The notes below the pieces were generated by a model. That model did not search any database and was not told the origin of the DNA. It was given only the letters and a program-made list of their open reading frames with translations. A DNA stretch of 37,074 nt from Octopus bimaculoides (lineage: Eukaryota): positions 101,440,573 through 101,477,646 of the forward strand of contig NC_068987.1 of the NCBI RefSeq assembly GCF_001194135.2. Direction: 5' to 3'. A program made the translations under genes and the position numbers. Shown here piece by piece: positions 1-13,645 of this stretch (position 1 is its first letter; each line of letters starts with the position of its first letter).

Positions 1-57
1 TATATATATATATATGCATATATACATACATACATATCCATACATATATATGCATGT

Positions 58-110
<53 letters not shown>

Positions 111-658
111 CGTATATATATAATATTTTATATCATATTCTACAATCCTGCTACCTGTAGATATAGTCATTTCGGTCAGTCCGTCTGTATTTATGCCTGT
201 CTATCTATCTATCTATCTATCATCTATCTATCTATCTACCCATCTGTGCGTTGTGTATGTATGTATGTACGTACGTATGTATGTGTGCATTCTATATCTA
301 TGTCTGTTTATGCCTTTGCTTATCTATCTAGCAACGTATGTTTAGCTTGCAAGATCGTTAGTCAGACAGGCACCCTGCCAGACAGATAAACGCAAGCAGA
401 GATACACAATTAAATAAATTGCTTTCTCTCTCTCTCTCACCCTCTCTCTCTCTCTCACCCTCTCTCTCTCTATATATTTCTCTCTATCTCTCTCTCTCTC
501 TCTAGCTCGCTCTTTCTCTCCCACCGTGTGTGTGTGTGTGTGAGTGTGTATGAAGTTAGAGAGAGAGAAAGAAAGAAATTATTCCAGATGGCATGCTTAT
601 ATTTTTCAGATTGTGGGTTTGTGTTTGTTGCATTGCCTGCCAGTGATTCAATCATTGC

Positions 659-715
<57 letters not shown>

Positions 716-782
716 TATATATACATACATATATATATATATACACTTTATATGTATTATTATTACTATTGTTATATATTTC

Positions 783-870
783 AGTGCGTGTGCGTTTATA
801 AATATACTCATATTTTAATATAATAATGTATAAATATATATACAATGTTATACATATGGATTTATATACC

Positions 871-925
<55 letters not shown>

Positions 926-1055
926 CATTATTATTATTATCATTATTATTATCGTTATTACATTAAAGTGCGTGTGCGTTTATATATACACTCATAATGT
1001 TTTAATATAATAATATATGAATATATATATATATATATATATACAATGTTTTATA
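783..1055. repeat. Degenerate local tandem duplication (~80-90 bp core) separated by an (ATT)n tract
   Basis: agtgcgtgtgcgtttata..ata.actcata...ttttaatataataat...tatatacaatgtt occurs at ~783 and ~968. Confidence 0.75.
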
Positions 1056-1715
1056 GGTATATACGTTTTTGTGTGTGTTATGTGAGAGTATTGTTTGTGT
1101 GCAAGGTGGGGGGGGGGATTAAAAGCAGAGAGAGATAGAGGAGAAAAGAGTGAATGCGAACTAAAAGCGCATATACAAATTGTTCATTCACCGTGGTGAC
1201 TCACGTAAATTTGAATCGTATTGTAAAAACATTCGAAAAGTTACTATAACACACATACTGCATATACACACGGAAATACACGCACTCATCCGCGTTTTTG
1301 TGCGTATATTATTCTACCTGTATATTGTACGTGTGTCTAGAAGTATGTGTGAGTTAACAGTGTGTGTGTGTGTGTGTGTCCATGTCTGTTAGAACAGTAC
1401 TTATGTAACTGCAATTTTTTGCGTACACTTAATAAATATGATGTAAAAACAAATCACGTACACATATACACATATGGACACTTACATACATAGATCGAAA
1501 GATAGATAAGTGGATGGGTAGATAGAAAGATAGATACATTGCTGCGCAAACATGTGTGTGTAGACAGATAGATAGTTAAGTAAATATATATATATATATA
1601 TGAACGTATGTGCATGTATATATACACATATATTTATATATATAAATGCATACACACATATATACATAAACATCTAAATATATAGACATATATCTGTATA
1701 TATATATATACATAT

Positions 1716-1828
<113 letters not shown>

Positions 1829-2852
1829 TATATATAAGTGCATATATGTATGTACGTATGCATGCACTGGTGCAAGTATGTGTGCATGTATGTATGTGTG
1901 TATGCATGTATGTATGTATGTATGAATGTATGCGTGCATGCATTTATGTATGTATATATATATATATATGCGTGTGAGTATAACGTGCGTTTGTGAGTCA
2001 GGTAGGTGCAGAAAACGCAAAGCAAATACAGAAGAAAAAAAACACAGAAAGAAACCCAAGATTTTTTTTTCCGAATAAATGTATGAATTGTCTCAGAAAC
2101 AAAGCTATCACGTGATTAAAGGTTAAATCACGGCAACGTCTTAAAGGAATTACATTATTTTCAAGGATAGAACGCAGAGAAAGACAGTGAAATGAGATGT
2201 AACTGTGAGAGGGCGGGAGGGAACAATGCTTTGAATATATCAGACTGACATGGGTAGAGTGATACAGGGCTGGTTGGTGGTCGTTATGGTTGTTACGGCA
2301 GTGATGGTGCAGGTGGGTGTACATCGAAAAGGTTAACCAGTGCACTAAGAAATTGTTGATCTGAAGAGTAAGAGATAAATAAAAACGCAGGAGATAATAG
2401 GGTGTGTCATGTGAATGGTAGGGTTTGTGTATATTTCCTAAAGGGCTGCATGTATTTGTGAGTGGTAAGGGTCTGTATTAGAGTTGGGGATTCTTCGGAG
2501 AAGATAAAGTATAGGATGTTTTGCTTGTTGCACTAACTGCCGCCCACAATCACTTTGTCATGTATTCTCATATATACAGATATACACTGTACACCTTTAT
2601 ATACACATGTTGTTTCCTAATGCACATGCATTGAGAAGCGCTCGTTCACAAATTCTTTCCCTCACCTCACCTTCGCTCTTTCTCAGAAACACTAACTTTC
2701 ACAACCACATGCACACATACACACACACACACACACATACACACATACACACACATACATTCACTCACATAAATGCACGCGTTCGCACGTGAGTGTGATG
2801 CGTGCAAATGTCTGTTTGAGTATGTGAGCGTATGTACACCAACACACAACGT

Positions 2853-2919
<67 letters not shown>

Positions 2920-3690
2920 TACATACACATAACCACATACATTTATATATGGATCTATATGCATTTTCATGCATTTATATATATACATATATCCATATAC
3001 ATACATTCATACGTACATACACACGCACACACGTACATATATATACATATATACGTTTGTATGTATGTATGTATATGTATGTATGTATATATATATATTA
3101 TGTGTGTCTGTGCCTGTGTGTGTAAACATATATGTATATGTAAATGTCATATTGATACATATCCACTTAGGTACAGGCATATATATGTGTGCGAGTGTCT
3201 GGATNNNNNNNNNNNNNNNNNNNNNNNNNNNNNNNNNNNNNNNNNNNNNNNNNNNNNNNNNNNNNNNNNNNNNNNNNNNNNNNNNNNNNNNNNNNNNNNN
3301 NNNNNNNNNNNNNNNNNNNNNNNNNNNNNNNNNNNNNNNNNNNNNNNNNNNNNNNNNNNNNNNNNNNNNNNNNNNNNNNNNNNNNNNNNNNNNNNNNNNN
3401 NNNNNNNNNNNNNNNNNNNNNNNNNNNNNNNNNNNNNNNNNNNNNNNNNNNNNNNNNNNNNNNNNNNNNNNNNNNNNNNNNNNNNNNNNNNNNNNNNNNN
3501 NNNNNNNNNNNNNNNNNNNNNNNNNNNNNNNNNNNNNNNNNNNNNNNNNNNNNNNNNNNNNNNNNNNNNNNNNNNNNNNNNNNNNNNNNNNNNNNNNNNN
3601 NNNNNNNNNNNNNNNNNNNNNNNNGAATATATATATATATATATATATATACAGTTATGCGTATCGTCTGTTAATATTTCGTTTATTTCA

Positions 3691-3900
3691 AGGCGGCGAG
3701 CTGGCAGAAACGTTAGCACATCGGTCGGAATGCTTAGTGGTATATCGTCTGTCTTTATGTTCTGAGTTCAAATTCCGCCGTGGTCGACTTTGCCTTTCAT
3801 CCTTTCGGGGTCGATAAATAAAGTGATAGTTGCGTACTGGGGTCAATCTAATCGACTGGCCCCCTCCCTAAAAGTTTGGGGCTTTGTGCCTAGAAAAGAA
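3691..3900 (+). mobile_element. tRNA-derived SINE, family A (full length)
   Basis: Head ggcggcgagctggcagaaacg with B-box-like gagttcaaattcc; body gtcgactttgcctttcatcctttcggggtcgataaa shared with many other copies in the window. TSD aatatttcgttt(a/t)tttc at 3673-3689 and 3899-3915. Confidence 0.9.
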
Positions 3901-4099
3901 TATTTCGTTTTTTTTCTAGATATTTTTCTCTCACAATTGAGAAAATCTTGTAACCTTGATCCAAGACTTCTTAAAGGGACTCTCTGCAACATCAACAGGA
4001 GAATGTGTGTGCCCGTGCGTGTGTGTATGAGCAAGTATTAGGTGCCAGTTCATCTGCTGGCTTTGCTTTATGTATATGTACTCACTAGTTATAGTTGCA

Positions 4100-4930
4100 T
4101 GTCTAGACATATGCTTATGTACCCATATGCTAAACTTTCGGAAAAGTTTCACATATGTTGATGGTTTTTATCTGTAGTTTTCTAATTAGCCATCTCCTTA
4201 CTGGTATTGAGAACCCCATTTTCTCAATATTGGTGCTGAAATTAGTTGAATATATATCCAATTGCGTCGAAAACCTACGAGTATAAATTTTAAATTGTTC
4301 GCAGAATTGAGTATCCGTAAATTGTTCATTAGTTCTGTAGCTACCGTACATTGTTTCTCTACTTGTCAGTCCCAGATAACAATGTCAGGTTTATTAAGCT
4401 TGAACTTTACTGAAATTTCCACAAGGACATTCCACCAGTACATTTTTCTACTGCACTGTGGGTTCTTACATCTTTGGCCCCAGGATTAATCTTCCGATGC
4501 GTCTGATTGTTCAGTATCTTGCACATGTCTCAGTAGCACATAATACGATGAAAAACTGAAAAACTGCTTATGATTTGAGTGAAATATTCGTTTATAACTC
4601 CTCAATAACTGCACTGGTAATCACATTTTGATGTTTTTCCTGCTCCTCTGTCGCTCTTGTTTATCATGAATTTGGCAGCTATTTCCTGTCCCTTGATTAC
4701 AAATGCATATCTTACAAAGTGATAGTTAGTGATCCGGTTGTAAGTGCCCTATAATTTCTTTTGACTATCAATGCTGCTCTCATCCTGAAGCTTCCTGGTA
4801 ACATATGCATGCTTGGCTATCTGCTGATATGCACTCATCCTTTCATCTGACGCTATGATACGTTAGAATCATACTACCTTGTTGGCCTTGCAAACGAGGT
4901 TATCAAAACGGGAATATTTCTTGAGGAGTT
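4100..4930 (-). mobile_element. Degenerate C-terminal remnant of an RLE-type non-LTR retrotransposon (R4/Dong/NeSL-like)
   Basis: Minus-strand translation across stops and frameshifts: GQEIAAKFMINK..CDYQC..TQIISS..YYVLLRHV.. then YWWNVLVEISVKFKLNKPDIVIWD..EKQCTV. This matches the decayed CCHC, RH(D) and KPD endonuclease order of RLE LINEs. Confidence 0.75.
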
Positions 4931-5822
4931 GCTTTCCAAGTCTCAAGCTGTTCTCTGTTTATGTACACAGACTTGGTCAGTGGGTGTATTTCTATATAAG
5001 GTGTTAAAAAAATAGGGAAAGATGGGAAAGAAGAGGGAGAGGGGAATGAGTGAGGAATAGACGGAAGATGGGGAAGAAAGGGAAGAGGAGAGAAAGAGGG
5101 AGTGTGTGAATAAGGAAAGTTTTTCTCTGTTTCACAATCATTCATGAATATTTATCTTTTCCAAACACCAACCTTATATCCTTTGAGAAAGTTGTAGTCA
5201 GAACAAGGCTCTTCACCTATCCTGGCATACAACTTTAAGCCATCTACAAAGAAGTTTTTAATCTTTGGACATTTTTGCCCAGTGAGACCCTTATGTATGC
5301 ATGTATGTATGTATGTATGTATGTATATGTGTATGTATGTATGTACGTATGTATGTATGTATGTATGTAGGTAGGTAGGTAGGTAGGTAGGTAGGTAGGT
5401 AGGTAGGTAGGTAGGTAGGTAGGCAGGCAGGTAGATAGATAGCTATACATATATGTATAGTTATCTATGTTTCTGAGAGTACGTATATCCATTTTGTATT
5501 GTATATTTATGCATCACTCACACGTGCAAGCACACACACATACATACACACACACAGAAGTTAAATTTCCTGACTTATTAGACGCACTTCCTTTTCTTGA
5601 AAATATGTCTCAGAATATCCTTTGGGTCCTATTTGCAGAGTTTGCCCGTCTATATGCTTCAATGTGTCAAAAGTATTTGTTATTGTTGCTGTTGAAGTTG
5701 AGGTTGTTGTTGTACATGAAATATTGAAATTAGAGGGTGTATATTATGCTTGTGCGGCTTTAATACTTTCACGATACTTGCCTACATGCCTACATACATA
5801 CACACGCATGTACATACATGCA

Positions 5823-5853
<31 letters not shown>

Positions 5854-8327
5854 TGAGCAGTGGGATATATAAAAAAAAACTGCCTAAATACCAATCTTGA
5901 AAACTTAGGCTATCAAAACCAGAAAGGAGAAAGCTGATTCGAAGACTACAAATTCAATCCACCACTGACTGGAACGGAAAAAAATCTGTAAAATCCTTCC
6001 ATTCAAGTATATGTGAGCATGTTTAGATATGCAACTATATGCATAAGAAGATATATAAAACAAAACTTATACATCTGCACGCACACATCCATCCATCCTT
6101 CCCTCCATCCATCCATTCATACATACATACATACATACATACATACGTACATACATATATACATACATACATACCCCGTTGATGTTGAAATTCCAATGAA
6201 AGAGCCTTAGATCTAGGTTAGAAATCGACTCTTTCTGTATTGGCAAGAAATCTTGAAATAAAATTCAATATTGACATACATACATTCGCACGAACGTACG
6301 CATATATGTATGTACGCACATACATATACGCACATGCTCACATTGCGAAAGCGTGTGCTTTAGTCGTTGGGGATGTCTTGATAGGTTCATTCATCCTTAA
6401 TAACGTTACCCGAAAGCAAATCATATCTTGATTATTGTAATCTTTGTTCAGACACGAATGACATTAATTTGACTCATTCTAAGGTCATATTTCACCAATC
6501 ATTTCAGATAATTATTACGAATCGGTGTGAGACTGGATATCAAGATGGTGTTGTCTTAGCTTACAGTCCTTTACTCAATTCATCTAACTCTAATGAATAT
6601 GCATGCAATAAATGTAGTTCAGTCTCACACCACAGTGAGAGTGAAGAAAGGGTGTGTTGGATTCGCGATCATATGGTCGTATTTTCGATTCCTGCACAGG
6701 ACAGCGCGTTATATCTTTGAACAAACAGAATGATTCACGTTACTACAATGAGCATCAGTCGAGTTCATATACAGCTTTCTCACCCAACAGAGGAAACGTA
6801 ACGAATATTCATATAGAAATATACACCGGACCTCAATCTGTCAATTCGTACTCATACTTATCAGGATTGGTACCACATGCACACATATGCATGTGTACAT
6901 ATCTACATATGCGTGTATATGTGTGTCTGTGTGCATGTATATGCATATGCGTGTGCGCATGTATACTTATATGTGTGTATGTGGGGGTGCGTGTGTGTTT
7001 GTGTGTAATTCTGTTTTGTAATGGTAAAACCCGAAGCAATAAAGCTATAAATATTAGCGCTTAAATATTGTGTTAAAAATCCCTTCGGATTGTAAAAGTA
7101 GATGGTGTTCGTAGAAAAGGCATATATAAAAATGTGTCGGTTAATAACAACAATGTTAAACAATCAATAAATAATGCTCAATATACAGAGTGTAGAACTG
7201 GAATTTGAATACGATAGAGTATGGTCTTACAAGACCTTGTTTGTTTCAGTAAACAAATCAAAGAACAATATGAACAATGTAAATGTCTAAGTTCTGCAGT
7301 TTATTATATGAAAACCAATGGGAAAAATAGACGTCGACCATATGAAAATCGGTAGCATAGAAAATGGAGACAATAGGCGAATTACGTATTAAAACAATGC
7401 TTTATTACAGAGTTACCTTATTTGGTAATAAAGCGGTGTTTTAACACATGATTCGTTAATTAATAAGGAATAAATTAAAAGTGATAGGACGACGTGGATC
7501 TTAAAGTAAAGAAGAATAATCGAAGAATAGGGACTAAGAAACTCATTTGAAAATGGATAAGAGATTTATAACGAAAATTATTGATGACAAGGGCAGTAAA
7601 TAAGAGTGATAAGAGAGGTAATTACAAAAAGTTATTTGAATCTTACAAAAAAATTAAGGAAATTGGAAACAAGGGTTTGAGTTCATTGTGTCAGTTGCAA
7701 AATAGTATTGTTAGTAGAAGAAATTAACGATAGAAATTATGATGTAAAAAATACGGTACATTTAATGATAAGATAGATTGAGAATAATCTATAATATTAT
7801 TCGACTTTTGCCATATGCTTTTATGGTGTTTCGCTTTAGTAATCTTAACTATGGAACGAAATCGATGGTACAGTAGAATATTTAACATAAGAAATCAAAG
7901 TTATGATGAAGAACTAGAAATTAGATATAACGATGTTTTTGTTTCTGATTTTGGCAAAAGGCCAGCAGTTTTGAAGGAAGGAATTAGTAGACACCTCGAC
8001 TGCAGTACTAGAGTGATGCATTATTTTATCGACCCTCGAAAAGATAAAGAGCAAAGTTGAACTCAGTCAGATTTGAACTCAGAGTATAAAGTGCTGAGAG
8101 AAATATTTAGATGAATCAAAACAGAAATTATAATATTTATGAATGTAGAACTTCGACAGGATGAGCACTGCGGTCAACGCAATCAACGGTCCTCATTCTT
8201 TCAACATTTCAGGCCTCGTGCCTATAGAGAAAGCATTTTGTCTACTATAGGCCCTCAGAACGTAAAAGCGGACGAAATCCCGGTAAGCATTTCACCCGGT
8301 GGGCTAACGATTCTGCCAAGTCCTCAT

Positions 8328-8404
<77 letters not shown>

Positions 8405-8407
<3 letters not shown>

Positions 8408-8665
8408 GCCTTTCTACTATAGGCACAAGGCCTGGAATCTGGGGGAGGGCATAGTTGATTACGTCGATCCCAGTGTTCCACTGGTNNNNNNNNNNNNNNN
8501 NNNNNNNNNNNNNNNNNNNNNNNNNNNNNNNNNNNNNNNNNNNNNNNNNNNNNNNNNNNNNNNNNNNNNNNNNNNNNNNNNNNNNNNNNNNNNNNNNNNN
8601 NNNNNNNNNNNNNNNNNNNNNNNNNNNNNNNNNNNNCTAATGATTCTGCCAGCGCGCTGCCTTAA
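8405..8665 (-). mobile_element. SINE family A spanning a gap, with (AAT)n tail; further fragments at ~8015-8090 and ~8250-8325
   Basis: 3' part (ctactataggcacaaggcc...gtcgatcccagtg) before the gap and 5' part (ctaatgattctgccagc) after it; (AAT)n at 8330-8405. Confidence 0.75.
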
Positions 8666-8671
8666 TAATAA

Positions 8672-8806
8672 TGAGGAGGAGTGGGAGGGGTTGGAGGGGT
8701 GAGGAGGGGAAGGGAAAGGAGGAGGAGGAGGAGGAGGAGGAGGAGAAGAAGAAGAAGAAGAAGAAGAAGAAGAAGAAGAAGAAGAAGAAGAAGAAGAAGA
8801 AGAAGA
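8672..8806. repeat. (GAG)n/(GAA)n purine microsatellite
   Basis: Directly visible; source of the poly-E/K/R ORFs. Confidence 0.95.
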
Positions 8807-9364
8807 ACCGTTCCTTGGGGAACAAGCATGAATCAAAGGAAAAAGTGCAGCCGAGATGATGTAAATGCATATAAAAGCGAGTTATTAATTAAAAATTTAC
8901 ATAAAATCATAAACAAAGGCTTCAGTCAATTAAGATAACGATTAAAATCTATGATTGTTAGAAGGGGCATAAATGGAAATTAATTAGGAACGGAACGTGT
9001 TATTTGAACCAAATGATAGACTCACATGGTGCTGTTAATTGAATTAAATAAGGGTGTTAACAAGAATAATTCTAAAGATGATTTGTGTAGTGTGGTGTTT
9101 TATGTCGGAGGTAAGCGACAGTTATGTAAGACAAAACTGAATTTATATTAAATGGTTATGAGTTCTAAGCTGCGACGATTAAATAAAATGGGAGGGCAAA
9201 TCATGTTAAACTAGTCTAAAACGATTGAAGTTCTAATTAAATGTGGTGCGGTATACTGAAAGGATTGTCTTAATATGTAATAGATCATGTTACAATATTA
9301 AATCAAGGAAGTTATCTGGGTATACTCATTGCTGAAGGAATGCGAAGATAAATTCATATTTGTA

Positions 9365-9760
9365 TGGCAAGAGATTCGCTTTGCAACCAAATGTATGCAG
9401 GTTCAGTCCCACTGCATAGCAGCTTGGGCAAGTGTGTTCTACTATAACACCGGGCCAACCAAAGCCTTGTGGGTGGATTTGGTGTACGGAAACTGAAAGA
9501 AGCCCATCGTGTATGTGTGCGTGTGTGTTTGCATTTGTCCCCTGCCACCGCTTGTCAACAGCAGGTGTTTATTTGTTTACGTTCTCGTAAACAAACACCG
9601 TAACGTATTGACTCAGCAAAAGAGAGAGATAGATTAAGTATTAAACCAGGAAATAAGAAGTACTGAGACAATCTGTTCGACTAAAATCCTTTAAGGTGGT
9701 GCCCCAACATGGCCGCTGTCCAGCAACTGAAACAAGTAAAAGATAAAAGATAAAAGATAC
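9365..9760 (+). mobile_element. tRNA-headed composite SINE, family F, ending ggtggtgcccc..catggcc..ctgaaacaag(taaaaga)n
   Basis: ggttcagtcccactg..ttgggcaagtg..ttctactata..ccaaagccttgtg..ggaaactgaaagaagccc, an internal (TG)n and a repeated taaaaga tail. Related copies at 17325-17465 (-), 23965-24130 (+) and 25100-25280 (+). Confidence 0.8.
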
Positions 9761-9794
9761 ATAATATACACATATATGTATATATATTCTTATA

Positions 9795-11240
9795 TGTTTC
9801 AGCCCTACGGCTGTGGCCATGCTGAGGCACCACCAGTGTAATCACCTCCTAATTGACAAATTTTATGTGATTGGCTTTTGGTGAAGGAGTAAGTTCGATA
9901 TCGCTGCTCTCTTTTGAGTTTCCTGCCTTGATATTGGTTCATCTGGGATCTTGGATAGCAAGAGATCACGTTGTTTCATGAAAACATCTATCCCTACTCC
10001 ATAGAGATTCCTCAGCGGTTTTGGCAAGGCGTTAAATTACAGTGTGCCCTTGAAACTCAAGCTATTGCAGTATATCGTCCTCACCTTAGATGGAACAGCC
10101 GGCACTTTTGGAACAGTACAGATGCGTTCAATTCGAGGTCTGGTATAACTCTCAACCACAAAGTTTGGTGCTAGCCCCGCCAGTATCTTCTACACATATA
10201 TCTCTGTATACCTCTCCCATCTTCGCTCCAGGGAGTAGAGCCGTAGCTCTTTCAGTCACTCCCGGTAGCTCAGCTGGTCCATTGATGCAATCTTCCTTGT
10301 GTAGCATAACTGAACGACCTCAAGTTCCGCTATTAATCCGACACTGTAAAATGACCACAGTTGAGAACAGTAGTCGAAACGGCTGTGGACAAATGTCCTC
10401 TATAGGACTATCATAGTTTCCTGGTCCCTTATTCTGAAGTTTCTCAGAATTCATCCGGCCATTAGCCTGCACACTGCCATCTTCTTTGTGATATGCGTGT
10501 GAAACGAGGCATCGTTACTCATATCGATCCCAAGAGCACACACCGCATATGGTTCTGGGATTTCCGCTCTTTTTGTTCCAAAGTATCGTTGTTGTGATTT
10601 AGCTGGTAGTGGAGGGCTTGGAATTTGCCTGCGTTAAATTGTATGTTGCATCCCTCAGCCCATTCATATATGGCATCTAAGTATTTCTGTAGAAGGTTAG
10701 CATCAGAAGGTCTTGGACTGCTTGAACCACTTTTGTGTCGTCGGCATAGCTAGTAAGCGTGACTGTCTGAAAGAACCACCATGAACAGCAGTGGCCCCAA
10801 TACAGTTCCCTAAGGTACTCCACTTTCTATTACTGTTTCCTTGGAGAGGGCTCCGCTGGGTATTATAGCCTGGCATCTGTCTTTTAAGAAGTCAAGCAAC
10901 CACACTCCGATTTTCCTAGTTACGCCGAGTCTCCGTAGATTGTGACATGTCATCCCGTTATCAATCTTATCAAAAACCGTTACAAAGTCGAGATATATCA
11001 CATCCACGTTTGAGCGATTCATTAATTGTCATAGTGTTGCAAAAGTGCTGAGCGAAAGCAATGCTGGGTGTCAGGAAGCAAGTCATTATCTTCAAGGAAC
11101 GCAATTTGTTTCTTCCTGACAACGCGCTCCATGATTTTGCTGACATGGGAAGTTAGTGTGATAGGTCTATAATTTTTAGCATCTGCTCTGTTACCTCCCT
11201 TATGGATAGGGTATATTATGCCTTCCTTTAACTTCTTGTA
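9795..11240 (-). mobile_element. 5'-truncated, decayed LINE (CR1/L2-type reverse transcriptase) with 3' end present
   Basis: Minus strand encodes PIHKGGNRADAKNYRPITLTSHVSKIMERV, then VDVIYLDFVTVFDKID, SGVP*GTVLGPLLF and TSYADDTK (~10735-10755), with stops and deletions. Confidence 0.92.
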
Positions 11241-11345
11241 TGTATGTATGTATGTATGTCTCTATTCATCTCTCTATGTATATATATGTATACACACACA
11301 TACATACATACATACATTCTCTATCTATCACAGAGAACTTCTCTC

Positions 11346-11390
11346 GCAGACTCGCCTAGCAGACTCGCCTAGCAGACTCCCCTAGCAGAC
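11346..11390 (+). repeat. 13-bp tandem repeat, ~3.5 copies (gcagactcgccta)
   Basis: Directly visible. Confidence 0.9.
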
Positions 11391-12086
11391 CACATAGTAT
11401 TCAAAAATAGAGCAGTATAATGCAGAGTTCCATGCGACTGAGATCCAGATCTGGTAGATAAAAGTATTTCGTGACGAATATATAAACCATAAAATGTCAG
11501 GAGGTTTGAGAGGTGAATGTAGTTATTTAACCACAGGTTATCCTTATGATTGTAACCGTTTCACAGCCTTTTCATGCAATGATAGTTTCACTGTATAATA
11601 AATTATGTTTACATGTCTGCACGAATATGCATGTTACGCATTATATAATACAATTGTATATCCAGACATCACTGCAGATAAAGGAAGCTAGCTCATCAGA
11701 TCGTCAGAACATCATGGTTACACGAATCACTCAACAAACCAACTGAGATATACAATTATCTCCATAGTGAAAATCTCTTCAAATATAGTTTACTGTCGTC
11801 GTTAATTATTTAAATGTGAAATGCCTACTGGAACTGCTCTTTGAAAACCTACAAAGACGGTTTTGTTCACTTGTTATGGATTCGATAATGCTTTAGTCTA
11901 TAGTTTTCTTGTAACACCTATAATTCTCGGCAATATAATATCCTATTAAGGTGGCAAACTGGCAGAAACGATAGCACACCGGGCGAAATGCTTAGCGGTA
12001 TTTCGTCTCTCTTTACGTTCTGGGTTCAAATTCCGCCGAGGTCGACATTGCCTTTTATCCTTTCGGGGTCGATAAATTAAGTACCA

Positions 12087-12333
12087 CTATTTACATTATT
12101 TACAATTGACAGATAATTGTCCTCATCTTGTTTGTTGTTAGCACAACGTTTCGGCTGATATACCTTCTAGCCTTCATCAGGAGTCTTGGGGAAATTTCGA
12201 ACCTGAGTTCTCATTCCTAAGGTATTTTTCTATGTTGTTGTTGTTGTAGTTATAATATTAATAATAATAATAATTATTATTATTATTGAGATCACTGCCT
12301 GGAATCGAACTCGGAATTTTGAGGTTAGTACTG
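12087..12333 (-). mobile_element. Family B: tRNA-headed SINE-like element with hammerhead motif (head 5'-truncated)
   Basis: B-box gagttcgattcc, then (AAT)n, body accttaggaatgagaa..ttcgaaatttccccaag, CTGATGA-A-GGCT..AGCC-GAAACGTT and a gtaaataatgtaaat tail; 14-bp TSD. Confidence 0.85.
12140..12186 (-). ncRNA. Type I minimal hammerhead ribozyme motif (Penelope-type), stem I decayed
   Basis: gactc CTGATGA A GGCT agaaggtatatc AGCC GAAA CG TT gtgct; the core is intact and helix III is the palindrome ACGT. Confidence 0.7.
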
Positions 12334-12834
12334 TAAATTAAGTACCAGTTGCGTACTGGGTCGATATAATCGACTCCCTCCCCACTACCCCAAAATGTCT
12401 GGCCTTGTGCCCAGAGTAGAAAATAATATATCTCATTAACTGCAACCATCCACTTGCCTATAGTTCTACCTCAACTCTATGCTACATCAATACCCATCAT
12501 GTAACAATTCAACTGTGTCTCACATCCCCAGACATATCGCATATATTTTATACTTTAATACTGCTCAATAAGTATTCACTGGAGAAAATATACATCCCCT
12601 ACTGTAAAAGTCCTACTGAAAAAGTTCAGATTTATCGTCCGAAATACTAGTGTGTAATTCTTTCTGAACGGTAACTGCATCACATAACGTAAGAAACATT
12701 GTGAGCAATGCATACTGAACTTTTGTCTTTCTTTCTCAGGAATACTATGAAACACATATTCGTATAAGATCACGTTTAGCACGTTCCTGTACACGAGAAC
12801 TTGAGGAGACCTTACTTACTATATTTCTTTATCT

Positions 12835-13070
12835 AGTGTTGACATTATTGTTTAGCAACAGGTTAACTCTGACTCAAAAACTCTACATTCATAAGACAAT
12901 CCAGTTGTAACCATCTCGTCTTTTGTATTTTTCACACGTTGTGTAACTATCATACGGTTTTCCATTGTAAACTTTTATTTCAAATCGGTAGACTATGATT
13001 TTTGGGGTGGGAAATTTGGCTGTAGTCTCTAGCAGTTTAAATGATCACATGCAGGCTGCGTCGTTGTCTT
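12835..13070 (+). mobile_element. Old degenerate interspersed repeat
   Basis: Similar in part to 28760-28800 (agctgcggtttcttgcagg) and to an octopus repeat recalled from memory; heavily diverged. Confidence 0.4.
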
Positions 13071-13645
13071 TTCATACTGCGGTGTTTGGAGGCAAAAGAT
13101 TAAAAACACGCAGGGTCATTCGGTGCAAAATATAATATTGTAAAATTACTGAGGATAATTAAAGTTGGTAATTATAGAATAATACAGAAATAAGTAAAGT
13201 ACAAAGGGAGGAACTAACAAATCCAGGTGAGCTGGATTAACTAAAAATTGCTAATTATTAAAGCAGGTTACGGGTCAATAAGTGCATTTGAATTTAGCCG
13301 AGATATTTTATGAAATTATCTTATAAATATAATATAAATATATACAACAACTGTGAAAGTAGGTAGTGTAACAAATTGTCCATCAAGAGGATTGGCAGTT
13401 CGAATGAAGTCAATGTAGCTATCGTTCTGTTTATCACTACGATGACTTCAGCCACCACCGAATATTTTCTTTGTAATTACGAGGTTCTAGGTTCGATCAC
13501 ATAGCATCGTGGGCATGTGTCTTTCATCAAATACAGGGTTTGACCCAGTTTTGTGAGTAAAGTTAACTAGACGCAATTCAGAAGTCCGTAGGGTAGGTTG
13601 CATTTATAAATCAATAGGTTCAGCTTTGTTCCATACTGTATGACA

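Larger units (their letters stand above)
11948..12425 (+). mobile_element. SINE family A interrupted by a family B insertion
   Basis: Family A sequence breaks at taaattaagtacca (12073-12086) and resumes after the same 14-mer (12334-12347). Confidence 0.9.

Noticed and set aside
6524-6637. Perfect 12-bp inverted repeat (ggtgtgagactg/cagtctcacacc) next to a CACAGTG heptamer
   Set aside because: A match of this length and spacing is near chance expectation in 37 kb. There is no nonamer for an RSS, no TSD and no extended pairing for a pre-miRNA.
12740-12861. Plus-strand candidate exon (EYYETHIRIRSRLAR..)
   Set aside because: Its 3' end and donor fall inside an interspersed repeat, and no homology was recognised.
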